Of a stretch of 64,000 nucleotides of DNA, positions 48,435 to 57,947 are shown piece after piece. The notes beneath the pieces are model-generated. The model was not told the origin of the DNA, did not search any database, and saw nothing but the letters and a program-made list of their open reading frames with translations. This DNA is from a bacterium (lineage in GTDB: Bacteria > Myxococcota_A > Bradymonadia > REDH01): the NCBI GenBank assembly GCA_030427825.1, contig JAUICO010000007.1, positions 417 through 64,416 on the forward strand. Reading direction: 5' to 3'. Every line of letters begins with the position of its first letter. Position 1 is the stretch's first letter. A program made the translations under genes and the position numbers.

Positions 48435-50000
48435 TCAGCCGGCCTTCGCGTTTCGTGTCGCCCCACCGCCGGGTTTTTCTGTGACGATATCGACCTGCTC
48501 AATGTGACGGGAGCGATCGGTGACCACGCGCAGCTTCTTGTTGAAGCGCAGCTCCAGGTTGCGGATGGACTGCTTCTCATCCCGCTGCAGAATGCGAGCC
48601 ACCGTCGGGTGCGCCACGATTCTGATGTCGAAAGCGTCGATCACCTCGAGTCGGCGCCGAAGTCGCCGCAGCGTGTCATATGCGAGGGTCTGGGCGGACA
48701 GCGTCACGCCGCGGCCTTCGCAGTGTTCGCAGGGCTCGCACATCATGCGCTCCAGGCTCTCGCTGGTGCGCTTTCGCGTCATCGTGCACAGGCCAAAGCC
48801 GCTGATCTCGGACACCTTCACACGACTGCGGTCGCCGCCCATAGCGCGCCTCAGCCTCTCGACCACCTTTCGACGGTCGCGCTCGCTGTTCATGTCGATG
48901 AAGTCGATGACAACGAGCCCGCCCAGGTTGCGCAGGCGCAGCTGGTAGGCAATCTCGTCGGCTGCTTCGAGGTTGGTCTGTACGATCGTCTCTTCCAGAT
49001 TTGACTCACCGACGAAGCGCCCCGTGTTGATGTCGATGGCGGTAAGCGCTTCGGTCTGCTCGATCACCAGCGACCCGCCGCTGGGAAGGTTCGCGTTCTT
49101 GTTGAGCGCACGCCTCAGCTCGTCCTCGATGCCAAAAGCGTCGAATATCGGCTCTGTACCGACGTAGAGTTCGACGCGATTCGCGAAGCGCGGCATGAAG
49201 CGCTCGACGAAGTCCATGATGCGCTCGTATTCGTCGCGGGAGTCGACAACCAGGCGATCCAGGTTGGCCGCGGCCAGGTCCCGGGTACATCGGAGCGTCA
49301 TGTCGAGGTCGGTGTGCAGGCACGTCGGCGGCTTCGACTTGCGCGAGCGTTTGTAGATGTCGTTCCAGAGGTTGATCAGCACCTCCATGTCGCGACGCAG
49401 GAGCGCGTTGCGGACATCTTTGCTCGCGGTGCGCACGATAAAACCGCTACCCTTTGGCAACATCTCGTGGGCGATGCGACGCAGCCTGCGTCGGTCCTTG
49501 TCGGACTCGATCTGCTTGGAGATACCGATGTGATCGACGGTCGGCATGTAGACGAGATAGCGACCGGCGAGGGAGATATGGCAGGTCAGGCGCGCACCCT
49601 TCGTGCTGATCGGGTCTTTGGTGACCTGGACCAGGATGTCCTGACCCTCTTTCAGCTGGTCTTCGATCGGCGCGTGCTTGCGGTTGCGGCGCATACGGCC
49701 ACCGCCACGGCTGTCGCTCTCTTCATCCGGCGGGTCTTCGCCGCTGCGATCGGGCATCTCCAGGATGGAGTGGTCCTGGTAGATGTCAGCGACGTAGAGA
49801 AACGCGGCCTTCTCAAGGCCGATATCGACAAACGCGGCCTGCATCCCGGGCAGAACCCGCACGACGCGGCCGTGATAGATGTTGCCGACGACGCCCGCAG
49901 CGTCTCGGCGTTCCTGGTGAAAGTCGGCGATAACGCCGTCCTCAAGCACCGCGATTCGCGCTTCCTGGGCGGTGGCGTTGATCACCATTGAATTGGACAT
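48435..50000 (-). CDS. rng: Rne/Rng family ribonuclease (RNase G-sized)
   Basis: GNIY.GRV.RVLPGMQAAFVDIG, KGARLT, LPSGGSLVIE.TEAL.AIDINTG, LRNLGGLVVIDFIDM, CxxC Zn-link. Confidence 0.92.
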   Translation of the reverse strand: MSNSMVINATAQEARIAVLEDGVIADFHQERRDAAGVVGNIYHGRVVRVLPGMQAAFVDIGLEKAAFLYVADIYQDHSILEMPDRSGEDPPDEESDSRGGGRMRRNRKHAPIEDQLKEGQDILVQVTKDPISTKGARLTCHISLAGRYLVYMPTVDHIGISKQIESDKDRRRLRRIAHEMLPKGSGFIVRTASKDVRNALLRRDMEVLINLWNDIYKRSRKSKPPTCLHTDLDMTLRCTRDLAAANLDRLVVDSRDEYERIMDFVERFMPRFANRVELYVGTEPIFDAFGIEDELRRALNKNANLPSGGSLVIEQTEALTAIDINTGRFVGESNLEETIVQTNLEAADEIAYQLRLRNLGGLVVIDFIDMNSERDRRKVVERLRRAMGGDRSRVKVSEISGFGLCTMTRKRTSESLERMMCEPCEHCEGRGVTLSAQTLAYDTLRRLRRRLEVIDAFDIRIVAHPTVARILQRDEKQSIRNLELRFNKKLRVVTDRSRHIEQVDIVTEKPGGGATRNAKAG

Positions 50001-50770
50001 AACAACCTCTCAAATTCTGGAGAGGCCGTCTCAGCAATTTCCTCGATGTCGGACGTCGTGGTGCCGGGTCGCCGGCGGCGATTGCGATGCTCGATCTCGC
50101 CGCTGTCTCGCGGCCTGGCGGGGAACTCTCTGTGCCCTCACCGGGCGCACGCGAGCAGGCGTTCCTGACTCCGCGTCCTGAATAACTCCGGGAATCTGCC
50201 GCCGGACTCTGCCGGCGTGTTCAGACGGTCTCTGGGTAAAAATCTCTGGCGTGTGAGCGGTGCGCTCGCAAGCTGACGAATCAGCTCTCATTGTGTGTGC
50301 CGGAGAGGCTCTGCCTGCCCCGCACAAAGGGTAAACGTGAACAAAGGGAGAATTCATTTCAAAGTCTTTGCGGCGGTGCAGCGCAGGCGCGCGCAACTCA
50401 CCATCTTCAGGAATCACAGTAACAACACGGATCCCGCTTCACAAGTGAAGGGCGAAAAGAGCCCGGCGGCGGTCGTGAATGCGGGTCTGCTCGCTGCGCG
50501 ATCAGGACTGCCGCTTTCGCGCGGTTGCCACCGGCAACGGCGCTCAATTGCTTCTCGCGCTCCTTTCCGGCGGCTTTCGTCCTTCGAAACCCCGGCGGAA
50601 AGCTGCGCTTTCCTTTGGGATGTCTTTTTTGGACGGCGGCTGACGCGCACCCGCGTGCCGTGACCCGGCGGAGATTGACCGGTATACGTGGCGAACACCT
50701 CGCATCTCACCCGCCTTCGACCTCGCCATCAGCGCGACGGGTCGGGCGCCTCACTCCCACGGTGACACCC

Positions 50771-52102
50771 ATGAAGAAGCAGATTGCGGCCGCGCGCAGC
50801 GCCGGCATTACAACGCAGTTCGCCACCGACACCGGCGAACACGAGCTTCTCTCCCTTACCGCCCTCCGACGACTCGGCAGCGCCGAGCTGGGCGCGCTGC
50901 TCAAGGAGCTCGGCGGGACCGGCGTCCAGGCCATGCGCCGGCAGGACCAGGTGCTGGCGGTGGCGCGGGCGCTTGAAGATGACGCGATTCAGCACACCGG
51001 CAGCGGCGTGCTCGAAGTGCACAGCGACGGCTACGGCTTCCTGCGTGCTCCCGAGCACAGCTACCTGCCATGTCCCTACGACATCTACGTCTCGCCGGCC
51101 CAGATACGCCGATTCAACCTGCGCACCGGGGATCTCGTTGCCGGCCGCGTCCGTCCACCCAAAGCGAAAGAGCGCTACTACGCGCTGCTCGCGGTCGAGT
51201 CGATCAATGACGTCGACCCCGACATCGCCGCCGACAAGCCCCTCTTCGACAATCTCACCCCGTTGTACCCGGACGAACAGCTCACCCTGGAAGGCGAGGG
51301 CGACGCCGACATCTCGAATCGCGTACTCGACCTCTTCGCACCCATCGGAAAAGGCCAGCGCGCCCTCATCGTAGCGCCGCCACGCACCGGAAAGACCGTC
51401 CTGCTGCAGGGCATCGCCAACGCCATCAGCCGAAACCATCCGGACGTCGACCTGATCGTGCTCCTCATCGACGAGCGTCCCGAAGAAGTGACCGACATGG
51501 AGCGATCCGTGCGCGGCGAGGTCGTCAGCTCCACCTTCGACGAGCCCCCCGAGCGCCACGTCGCCGTCGCCGAGATCGTGCTCGAGCGCGCTCGGCGCCT
51601 CGTAGAACACGGGCGCGACGTGGTGATTCTCCTCGACTCGATCACCCGCCTGGCCCGCGCCTACAACACCGTGGTCCCACCCTCAGGAAAGATCCTCTCC
51701 GGCGGCGTGGACAGCAACGCGCTGCACAAACCCAAGCGATTCTTCGGCGCCGCCCGCAACATCGAAGACGGCGGCTCACTTACCATCATCGCGACCGCCC
51801 TGATCGACACCGGCAGCCGCATGGATGAAGTGATCTTCGAGGAATTCAAAGGGACCGGCAACTCCGAGCTGCATCTGGACCGCAAGCTCATGGAAAAGCG
51901 CCTCTTTCCCTGCCTCAACCTCCACAAGTCCGGCACCCGCCGCGAAGATCTGCTCCTTGCGCCCGAGGCCCTGCAACGTATGCACGTCCTGCGACAGCAC
52001 TTTCTGTCGCAGCTGAACGGCATTGACGCGATGACCACAGTTCATGACTGGCTCACAAAGACGAAGGACAACGCGGAGTTCCTCTCCTCGATGAATCAGT
52101 AG
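50771..52102 (+). CDS. rho: Transcription termination factor Rho
   Basis: [60 protein letters not shown]. Start uncertain. Confidence 0.97.
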   Translation: MKKQIAAARSAGITTQFATDTGEHELLSLTALRRLGSAELGALLKELGGTGVQAMRRQDQVLAVARALEDDAIQHTGSGVLEVHSDGYGFLRAPEHSYLPCPYDIYVSPAQIRRFNLRTGDLVAGRVRPPKAKERYYALLAVESINDVDPDIAADKPLFDNLTPLYPDEQLTLEGEGDADISNRVLDLFAPIGKGQRALIVAPPRTGKTVLLQGIANAISRNHPDVDLIVLLIDERPEEVTDMERSVRGEVVSSTFDEPPERHVAVAEIVLERARRLVEHGRDVVILLDSITRLARAYNTVVPPSGKILSGGVDSNALHKPKRFFGAARNIEDGGSLTIIATALIDTGSRMDEVIFEEFKGTGNSELHLDRKLMEKRLFPCLNLHKSGTRREDLLLAPEALQRMHVLRQHFLSQLNGIDAMTTVHDWLTKTKDNAEFLSSMNQ

Positions 52103-52192
52103 CCGACACCCGGTAACTGCGGGCGAAGCTCGCATTGACAAGGCGCGGTCGTTTCTTTAGACGCCCGCCTCCGCTTTCACGGTGGTTGAGAT

Positions 52193-52429
52193 ATGAAGCC
52201 TGAAGTCCATCCTGAGTACAATTCTGTCGTTTTCGTCGATGGGGACCACGAGTTCGTGACCCGCTCCACGATGAAGAGCAACAAAACACGCGAAATCGAC
52301 GGCACGGAACACTACGTGATCGACATCGCGATCTCGTCGGCGAGCCATCCTTTCTGGACGGGCAGCCAGAAGATCATCGATACCGCCGGCCGCGTCGAAC
52401 GCTTCAATCGCAAGTACGGCCGCCAGTAA
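52193..52429 (+). CDS. rpmE: 50S ribosomal protein L31 (type B, Cys-less)
   Basis: [29 protein letters not shown]; rho-rpmE-prfA synteny. Confidence 0.95.
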   Translation: MKPEVHPEYNSVVFVDGDHEFVTRSTMKSNKTREIDGTEHYVIDIAISSASHPFWTGSQKIIDTAGRVERFNRKYGRQ

Positions 52430-52453
52430 TCCTCCTGCGCGCCGCGCGAGCCT

Positions 52454-53521
52454 ATGTTCAGCCAGCTCGCAGAAGTCGAAGCGCGTTACGAAGAGCTTGA
52501 GCACCAGCTCTCGGATCCCGCGATCGCGGGCGATCACGTCGCCTACACGCGGGTGCACAAAGAGCTCACGTCGCTCGCCGAGCTGGTCACAGCCTGGCGA
52601 CGCTATCGTGCCGTCGAGTCAGAGATCGCTGACAGCCGCGAGCTGATTCGAGGCGATGACGCGGACATGCGCGAGCTGGCCCGGGAGGAGCTCCCGGGTC
52701 TGGAGAGCGAGCACGCGTCCCTCGCTGAACGGCTCAGGCTGCTCATGCTGCCCACAGATCCCCTCGACGAGAAGAACATCATCCTCGAGATTCGCGCCGG
52801 CACCGGTGGCGACGAATCCGCGCTCTTCGCAGGCGACCTCTTCGATATGTACGCCCGCTTCGCATCCGGTCAGAAGTGGAGCGTCGAGATGATCTCGGCC
52901 AGCGCCGGCACGCAGGGCGGCTACAAGGAGGTCATCGCGATGATCTCCGGCACTCGCGTCTACAGCAACCTCAAATGGGAATCCGGCGTGCACCGCGTCC
53001 AACGCGTACCCGCCACCGAAACCCAGGGCCGCATTCACACCTCGGCCTGTACCGTCGCGATCCTGCCCGAAGCCGAAGACGTGGAAGTGAACATCGACCC
53101 GCAGGAACTGCGTATCGACACCTACCGGGCCTCCGGCGCCGGCGGACAGCACGTAAACCGCACAGACTCGGCGATTCGTATCACGCACCTGCCTACAGGT
53201 CTCATCGTGACCTGCCAGGACGAGAAGTCACAGCATCGCAACAAAGAGAAGGCGATGAAGGTGCTCGCGTCGCGCCTCCTCGACATCGAAACCCAGCGAA
53301 TGCACGACGAGCGCGCAGACTCGCGGCGCACACAGGTAGGCTCCGGTGACCGCTCCGAGCGCATACGCACCTACAACTTTCCACAGAACAGGCTCACCGA
53401 CCATCGCATCGGGCTGACACTCTACAAACTCGACAGCGTCATCGCCGGCGAGCTGGGCGAAGTCATCGATGCGCTGACGACCTACCATCAGGCAGAGCTG
53501 CTCAAGGCGCAGGAATCGTAG
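52454..53521 (+). CDS. prfA: Peptide chain release factor 1
   Basis: [20 protein letters not shown] (PxT), [20 protein letters not shown]. Confidence 0.98.
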   Translation: MFSQLAEVEARYEELEHQLSDPAIAGDHVAYTRVHKELTSLAELVTAWRRYRAVESEIADSRELIRGDDADMRELAREELPGLESEHASLAERLRLLMLPTDPLDEKNIILEIRAGTGGDESALFAGDLFDMYARFASGQKWSVEMISASAGTQGGYKEVIAMISGTRVYSNLKWESGVHRVQRVPATETQGRIHTSACTVAILPEAEDVEVNIDPQELRIDTYRASGAGGQHVNRTDSAIRITHLPTGLIVTCQDEKSQHRNKEKAMKVLASRLLDIETQRMHDERADSRRTQVGSGDRSERIRTYNFPQNRLTDHRIGLTLYKLDSVIAGELGEVIDALTTYHQAELLKAQES

Positions 53522-53641
53522 GGCAGGGGCGCTGCCCCTGCACCCCGGCAGGGCTCTGCCCTGCACCCCGGCAGGGCTCTGCCCCTGCACCCCGGCAGGG
53601 CTCTGCCCTGCACCCGCAAGGGGCTTTCGCCCCTTGACCCC
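53522..53641. repeat. Tandem palindromic REP-like array: 4 x GGCAGGGCTCTGCCCTGCACCCC plus a CAAGGGGC-tttc-GCCCCTTG hairpin
   Basis: Units at 53522, 53547, 53570 and 53594 (22-25 nt), each a hairpin; between convergent prfA and dusB. Confidence 0.9.
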
Positions 53642-53657
53642 ATGTTGGGGGAGGGTT

Positions 53658-54674
53658 TCAGGCGGTGAGATGTTGTCGGGCTGTTTGGATCAAGCTGCGA
53701 AGTGTTTGTTCGGAGGTGAGGCTGCGGAGGTGCTTGCGGATGTAGGGTTCTGCTGGGGTGCCGCGGTAATACCAGAGGGCGTGTTTGCGAAATTCCAAAC
53801 AGGTTCGCCGTTCGCCGAAGCAATCGAGGTAGAGGTCGAGATGGCGGAGTACCATCGCTGTACGGGCGTCGGGTCCGCGGTCCGCGTTGTGTGTTTCGCC
53901 GTGAAAAGCGGCTCGCAGCTCCGCGAATATCCATGGGTTTCCGTAGGCGCCGCGACCGACCATGACGGCGTCGCAGCCTGTCGCTGAGACCATCTTCAGA
54001 GCGCTCTCTGCGTCCCGAACGTCGCCGTTGCCGATGACCGGAATCTGCACAGCCCGCTTCGCCTCTGCGATCAGATCCAGGTCCGCGTGGTGCCCGTAGA
54101 AGTCGCTGCGCGTGCGGCCGTGAATGGTCACCGCGGCGCCGCCTCCGTTCTCAATGGCTCGCACGATCTCCGATACATTCGACTGCTCCCAGCCCGCGCG
54201 AATCTTTCCGGTTACCGGAACATCCACCGCCGCGCTCATCGCTGCAAACATCTTCTCGATGCGCACCGGGTCGTTGAGCAGGGCGGCGCCGTAGCCGGAA
54301 CGCACAATCTTCCGCATCGGGCAGCCCATGTTCAGGTCCACCATGTCAGCGCCCGCCTCGGCGACCAGAGCAGCCGCGTGCGCCAGCGGCTCCGGTGCGC
54401 ACGCGTACAGTTGCACAGCGATAGGGTGCTCCCCCGCCTGCAGGTCGACGAGACGCCAGGTGCGCTCATTGCCGGCGATCAACCCTGTTGCAAGCGCGGC
54501 CTCGGTGACGACCAACCCCGCCCCCTGTTCCCGGCAGAGCCGGCGAAAGGCCGGGTTGGTAACGCCGGCCATCGGCGCCAGAACCACCGGCGGATCGATG
54601 AAGACACCGCCGATCGAGAGCGCGCCGCCATCGTCAATGTTTGTTTGCTCCGGCATCAACGGTTGCGCAGCCAT
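53658..54674 (-). CDS. dusB: tRNA-dihydrouridine synthase B
   Basis: LAPMAGVT, DLNMGCP, GAALL, KIRAGW, HGRT, GNGDV, MVGRGA.GNPW. Confidence 0.93.
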   Translation of the reverse strand: MAAQPLMPEQTNIDDGGALSIGGVFIDPPVVLAPMAGVTNPAFRRLCREQGAGLVVTEAALATGLIAGNERTWRLVDLQAGEHPIAVQLYACAPEPLAHAAALVAEAGADMVDLNMGCPMRKIVRSGYGAALLNDPVRIEKMFAAMSAAVDVPVTGKIRAGWEQSNVSEIVRAIENGGGAAVTIHGRTRSDFYGHHADLDLIAEAKRAVQIPVIGNGDVRDAESALKMVSATGCDAVMVGRGAYGNPWIFAELRAAFHGETHNADRGPDARTAMVLRHLDLYLDCFGERRTCLEFRKHALWYYRGTPAEPYIRKHLRSLTSEQTLRSLIQTARQHLTA

Positions 54675-55801
54675 CGTTCCACGTTCTCGTTGTGTTCCGC
54701 CAGAGTGGCGGCAAACTCGTGGCGCCGACTGCCATCTCCGCGCGTTACAAAGTACAGAATGTCCGCTTCGTCACTCGGGGCAAGGACCGCAGCGAGGCTG
54801 GAGCGCCCCGGCGCCGCGATGGGAGTCGGCGGCAGGCCGTCGATCACGTACGTCGAATACCGACTCTCGGGGTCGCGACACAGAGATCGAGTGGGCCGCT
54901 CGCGCCACAGCTCAGGACCATAGACGCAGGTCGGGTCGCACTGCAGGCGCATACCCCGCGCGATGCGGTTGTATATCACCCGAGCGATACGGGGGCGCTC
55001 GTCGGCGACCACCGCCTCCTTCTCGACGATGCTGGCGACGATCACCGCTTCGTACGGCGAGATATCCCATTCGCGTTCGAGGCGCGCAAGGGCCCCCGGG
55101 TGGGCCACCAGCAGCTCATTCCATACCGCCTTGTGTCGTTCCGCCATCCGCCCGACGACGGTCTCCGCTCCGATGTTCTGCGCAAAATCCCAGGTGTCGG
55201 GAAAGAGCAGCCCCTCGGCGGATGGCGCATCGATGCCCGCGCCGGCGAGGCGATCCCGGCTGGTAGCGGCGTCAACGAATTCCGACGCTGTCACCACCCC
55301 CGCCTCCTCAAGGCGCTCGCCTATCTGCCAGATATTGTAGCCCTCCGGCACCGTGACTCGGACTCCGCTGCCTGAGACCGGCGAGCACAGGGCTTCGAGC
55401 AGCTCGGCAGCCGTCATCGGTGCAGACACCGTGTGCCGGCCCGCCTGAAGACAACGCGGGCGATGCATCACGAACCAGATCCACGCACCCGGAGTCGATC
55501 GCAGCGTGTCTTCGCGCTTCAACCGACGCCACAGTGCAAAACTCGACTCCGACTGTCGCACGTACACCTCAGCTACCGCCGGACGCACGACGTTGTTCCG
55601 TCCGAAGGTCCACACGTCGACCACAAGAAGGACAAGGGCGAGCAGGGCTATCCCGACGGTGACTCGCCGCGCGCGCCCAGATAGCTTTGAAGTATCAGCG
55701 TTGCGGCGACCTGATCGACCACGCCCTTTCGCTTTTCCCTTCGGACGCCGCTTTCGATCAGCGCTCGCTCGGCCACCACGCTTGTCATTCGTTCGTCCCA
55801 C
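54656..55801 (-). CDS. mltG: Endolytic transglycosylase MltG
   Basis: TM helix, VTVPEG, EGLLFPDT, ASIVEKE, NRI..GM.LQCDPT, YSTY...GLPPTPI, LYFV. Start lies inside ruvX. Confidence 0.92.
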   Translation of the reverse strand: MGRTNDKRGGRASADRKRRPKGKAKGRGRSGRRNADTSKLSGRARRVTVGIALLALVLLVVDVWTFGRNNVVRPAVAEVYVRQSESSFALWRRLKREDTLRSTPGAWIWFVMHRPRCLQAGRHTVSAPMTAAELLEALCSPVSGSGVRVTVPEGYNIWQIGERLEEAGVVTASEFVDAATSRDRLAGAGIDAPSAEGLLFPDTWDFAQNIGAETVVGRMAERHKAVWNELLVAHPGALARLEREWDISPYEAVIVASIVEKEAVVADERPRIARVIYNRIARGMRLQCDPTCVYGPELWRERPTRSLCRDPESRYSTYVIDGLPPTPIAAPGRSSLAAVLAPSDEADILYFVTRGDGSRRHEFAATLAEHNENVERWLRNR

Positions 55802-56073
55802 TCGACGATATCTCCTGCGAATTGCCCGGCAAGCTCTGCGACAACCGCGCGCGTTCGTCGAGCGGCTCGGCCGACGCGTCCGTCCAGGTCCAGCGGCAGT
55901 CCGACTACCACGACATCAACGTTGTAGCTTTCGATGTGGTCCACAATGCGCTCGATCGCTTCGCCCCGCGGCTTCGCCGATACCGTCTCGAGCGGCGTCG
56001 CGATGACTCCCCGTTCGTCGCTGACGGCGACGCCGATGCGAACCGTTCCGATGTCCAGGCAAAGAATTCTCAT
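55648..56073 (-). CDS. ruvX: Pre-16S rRNA nuclease / RuvX (YqgF)
   Basis: LDIG..RIGVAVSD, VVGLP, DERMTS..A, VDQVAA.LILQ.YL. Confidence 0.95.
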   Translation of the reverse strand: MRILCLDIGTVRIGVAVSDERGVIATPLETVSAKPRGEAIERIVDHIESYNVDVVVVGLPLDLDGRVGRAARRTRAVVAELAGQFAGDIVEWDERMTSVVAERALIESGVRREKRKGVVDQVAATLILQSYLGARGESPSG

Positions 56074-56140
56074 GCATGGCCCCCATGACACATCGCGTCG
56101 GCTCGCCCCAGCACGCTTTTTCGTCTCCGCGATTTTGCTT

Positions 56141-56168
56141 CGGAGATCCCACCGTGCGATGATCTCCG
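56141..56168. promoter_or_regulatory. Inverted repeat with two GATC sites in the divergent ruvX/methylase promoter region
   Basis: CGGAGATC-N12-GATCTCCG; an AT-rich stretch follows at about 56190-56250. Confidence 0.3.
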
Positions 56169-56284
56169 GTTACTCATCAGTGAGCACTCCATAAGTGGTT
56201 GAAAAATAAGGGCGATTTTTTGCCTACATGTAGGTTTCCGGAATACATCTGCGTCATCCACCACCCATTGGTTGAGGTGCCCAG

Positions 56285-57145
56285 ATGGCCAAAGCTCCCG
56301 ATTCAGCTCACGACCTGCTCTCGACTTCCACAGTCGCTCCCAGCCCTTTCCTGAAGTGGGCCGGTGGGAAAGCGCGCCTGATGGCGCAGTTTCAGCCGTG
56401 GATGCCGGAAGACTTCAACCACTACTTCGAGCCTTTTGTCGGCGGTGGCGCGGTGTACTTCACGATGCGACCGCCCGAGGCGACGCTCACCGACGTCAAT
56501 CCCCGCCTGATCGAGTGCTACACGGCGATTCGCGATGAGCCGATCGCGCTCATGGACGAGCTCGCGAAGCACCGCAGCCGCCACTGCAAAGACCACTACT
56601 ATCGCTGCCGCACGCGCATGAATGCGCCCCGCGGGCTCAACGCAGTGTCCCGTGCCGCGCTGATGATCTATCTCAACAAGACCTGCTTCAACGGCCTGTA
56701 TCGGGAGAATTCGCGGGGCGAGTTCAATGTACCGATGGGCAGCTACAAGTCGCCGAACATCTTCAACCCCGACCACATCTTCGCGGTGTCTGCACAGCTG
56801 CAGAGCACGAACCTTCGGGTGGCCTCGTTCGAACACGTGCTGGAATCTGCCGAGCCCGGCGATTTTGTCTACTTCGACCCGCCGTACGTGCCGCTGACCG
56901 AGACCAGCTCGTTCACCAACTACTCGAAGGGTGGATTCGACATGTCGATGCAGCACAAGCTCGCGCGAATCTTCGACGAGCTCTCCCGTCGCGGCTGCTA
57001 CGTCATGCTCAGCAACAGCGATACACCGGCGGTTCGCGAACTCTTCGAGGGCTGGCGCATCATCGGCATCCAGGCATCGCGGGCGATCAACTCCCGCGCT
57101 TCGGCTCGCGGGCCTGTCGGCGAGGTCCTCGTCCGCAGCTGGTGA
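56285..57145 (+). CDS. Dam-family (D12 class) N6-adenine DNA methyltransferase, orphan
   Basis: FLKWAGGK, EPFVGGG, YLNKTCFNGLYR.N..GEFNVP, DPPY, MLSNS. Confidence 0.93.
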   Translation: MAKAPDSAHDLLSTSTVAPSPFLKWAGGKARLMAQFQPWMPEDFNHYFEPFVGGGAVYFTMRPPEATLTDVNPRLIECYTAIRDEPIALMDELAKHRSRHCKDHYYRCRTRMNAPRGLNAVSRAALMIYLNKTCFNGLYRENSRGEFNVPMGSYKSPNIFNPDHIFAVSAQLQSTNLRVASFEHVLESAEPGDFVYFDPPYVPLTETSSFTNYSKGGFDMSMQHKLARIFDELSRRGCYVMLSNSDTPAVRELFEGWRIIGIQASRAINSRASARGPVGEVLVRSW

Positions 57146-57380
57146 GTTCGATCCATCCGGCCGCACGGCCCGGAAGGGGATGACCCACGCGCTTGCATCC
57201 GCGCCGATTGTCGCGCGTTTGTCATGATGGCCGCCCCAATTGTAATCGGACTGTAATAAGAGACCGCCCGGTTGGTTTGATCCTTGATCTGCCGCCAAAG
57301 CCCCGTATTCTGTCACACGACTGATGAGTCGGAACTTCTCGGCAGTCCCGAGAAAGCAGCCCCGACCTCTGGGAGGTGTC

Positions 57381-57947
57381 ATGACCGCAGCTTTGGTGAA
57401 CCCCGCAGCCGAACGAGAGGCGATGGCCGCCGCAGAGCAGCACCGCTGGCACCTCGGTCACACCTCGCGACGCATCATCGAAGAGATCGCCGAGGTCGTG
57501 CTCCCGGCAGACGGACGCAGCCGCCGCGTGATCGAACACTGTGTGCGCTACGTTGACGGCTATGTGCCGCACCTGCCGGCCCTCGCGCGCACTTTCTTTC
57601 CCCTCGGCCTGCGCCTCATCCAATGGGGAACCATCCTCACATTCTCGGCGTTCAAGCCCTTCACGTTGATCGCCCGTGCCGCGAGGCGCAACAAGTACCT
57701 TGAGACCTGGTCGACGAGCCGTTTCGCTCTCTTTCGTGCTCTGATGATGGGCGTCCGCGGCCTCATCCTGAGCGGCTACTACGCGATGCCTGTCGTGTAC
57801 CGGAAGATCGGCTACACCCCGGACGAGCACCTCGCGACCTGCCGGAAACAGCGGGCGGCGCTGATCGCCGCGACGGGCGACCGCGACCACCACACCCGAG
57901 CAATGCTCTTCTCTGAAATCGGTCATCCGGAGATGTCAGACGGATGA
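57381..57947 (+). CDS. GMC oxidoreductase partner subunit (gluconate 2-dehydrogenase subunit 3-like)
   Basis: GGAGG RBS; 'F..L....R..YL..W' and 'L..SGYY.......IGY' pattern; ATGA overlap with the GMC gene. Confidence 0.65.
   Translation: MTAALVNPAAEREAMAAAEQHRWHLGHTSRRIIEEIAEVVLPADGRSRRVIEHCVRYVDGYVPHLPALARTFFPLGLRLIQWGTILTFSAFKPFTLIARAARRNKYLETWSTSRFALFRALMMGVRGLILSGYYAMPVVYRKIGYTPDEHLATCRKQRAALIAATGDRDHHTRAMLFSEIGHPEMSDG

Noticed and set aside
47699-48484. ORF translating the 21-bp repeat (AAERRLT x3)
   Set aside because: Mostly antisense to the PilZ gene, no RBS; it is open only because the repeat unit is a multiple of three.
50001-50770. RNase P RNA, tmRNA or tRNA in the long intergenic region
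   Set aside because: I could not find the GAGGAAAGTCC or AGAACCCGGCTTA signatures of rnpB, or a tRNA T-arm, on either strand.
50525-50770. 82-aa N-terminal extension of Rho in the ORF track
   Set aside because: TTG start without an RBS, running through hairpin-rich sequence; ATG 50771 gives a normal-length Rho. Not fully excluded.
53522-53641. CRISPR array
   Set aside because: Head-to-tail palindromes without spacers; no cas genes.
56285-57947. Type II restriction-modification pair
   Set aside because: The downstream ORF is coupled to the GMC oxidoreductase and shows no nuclease motif.
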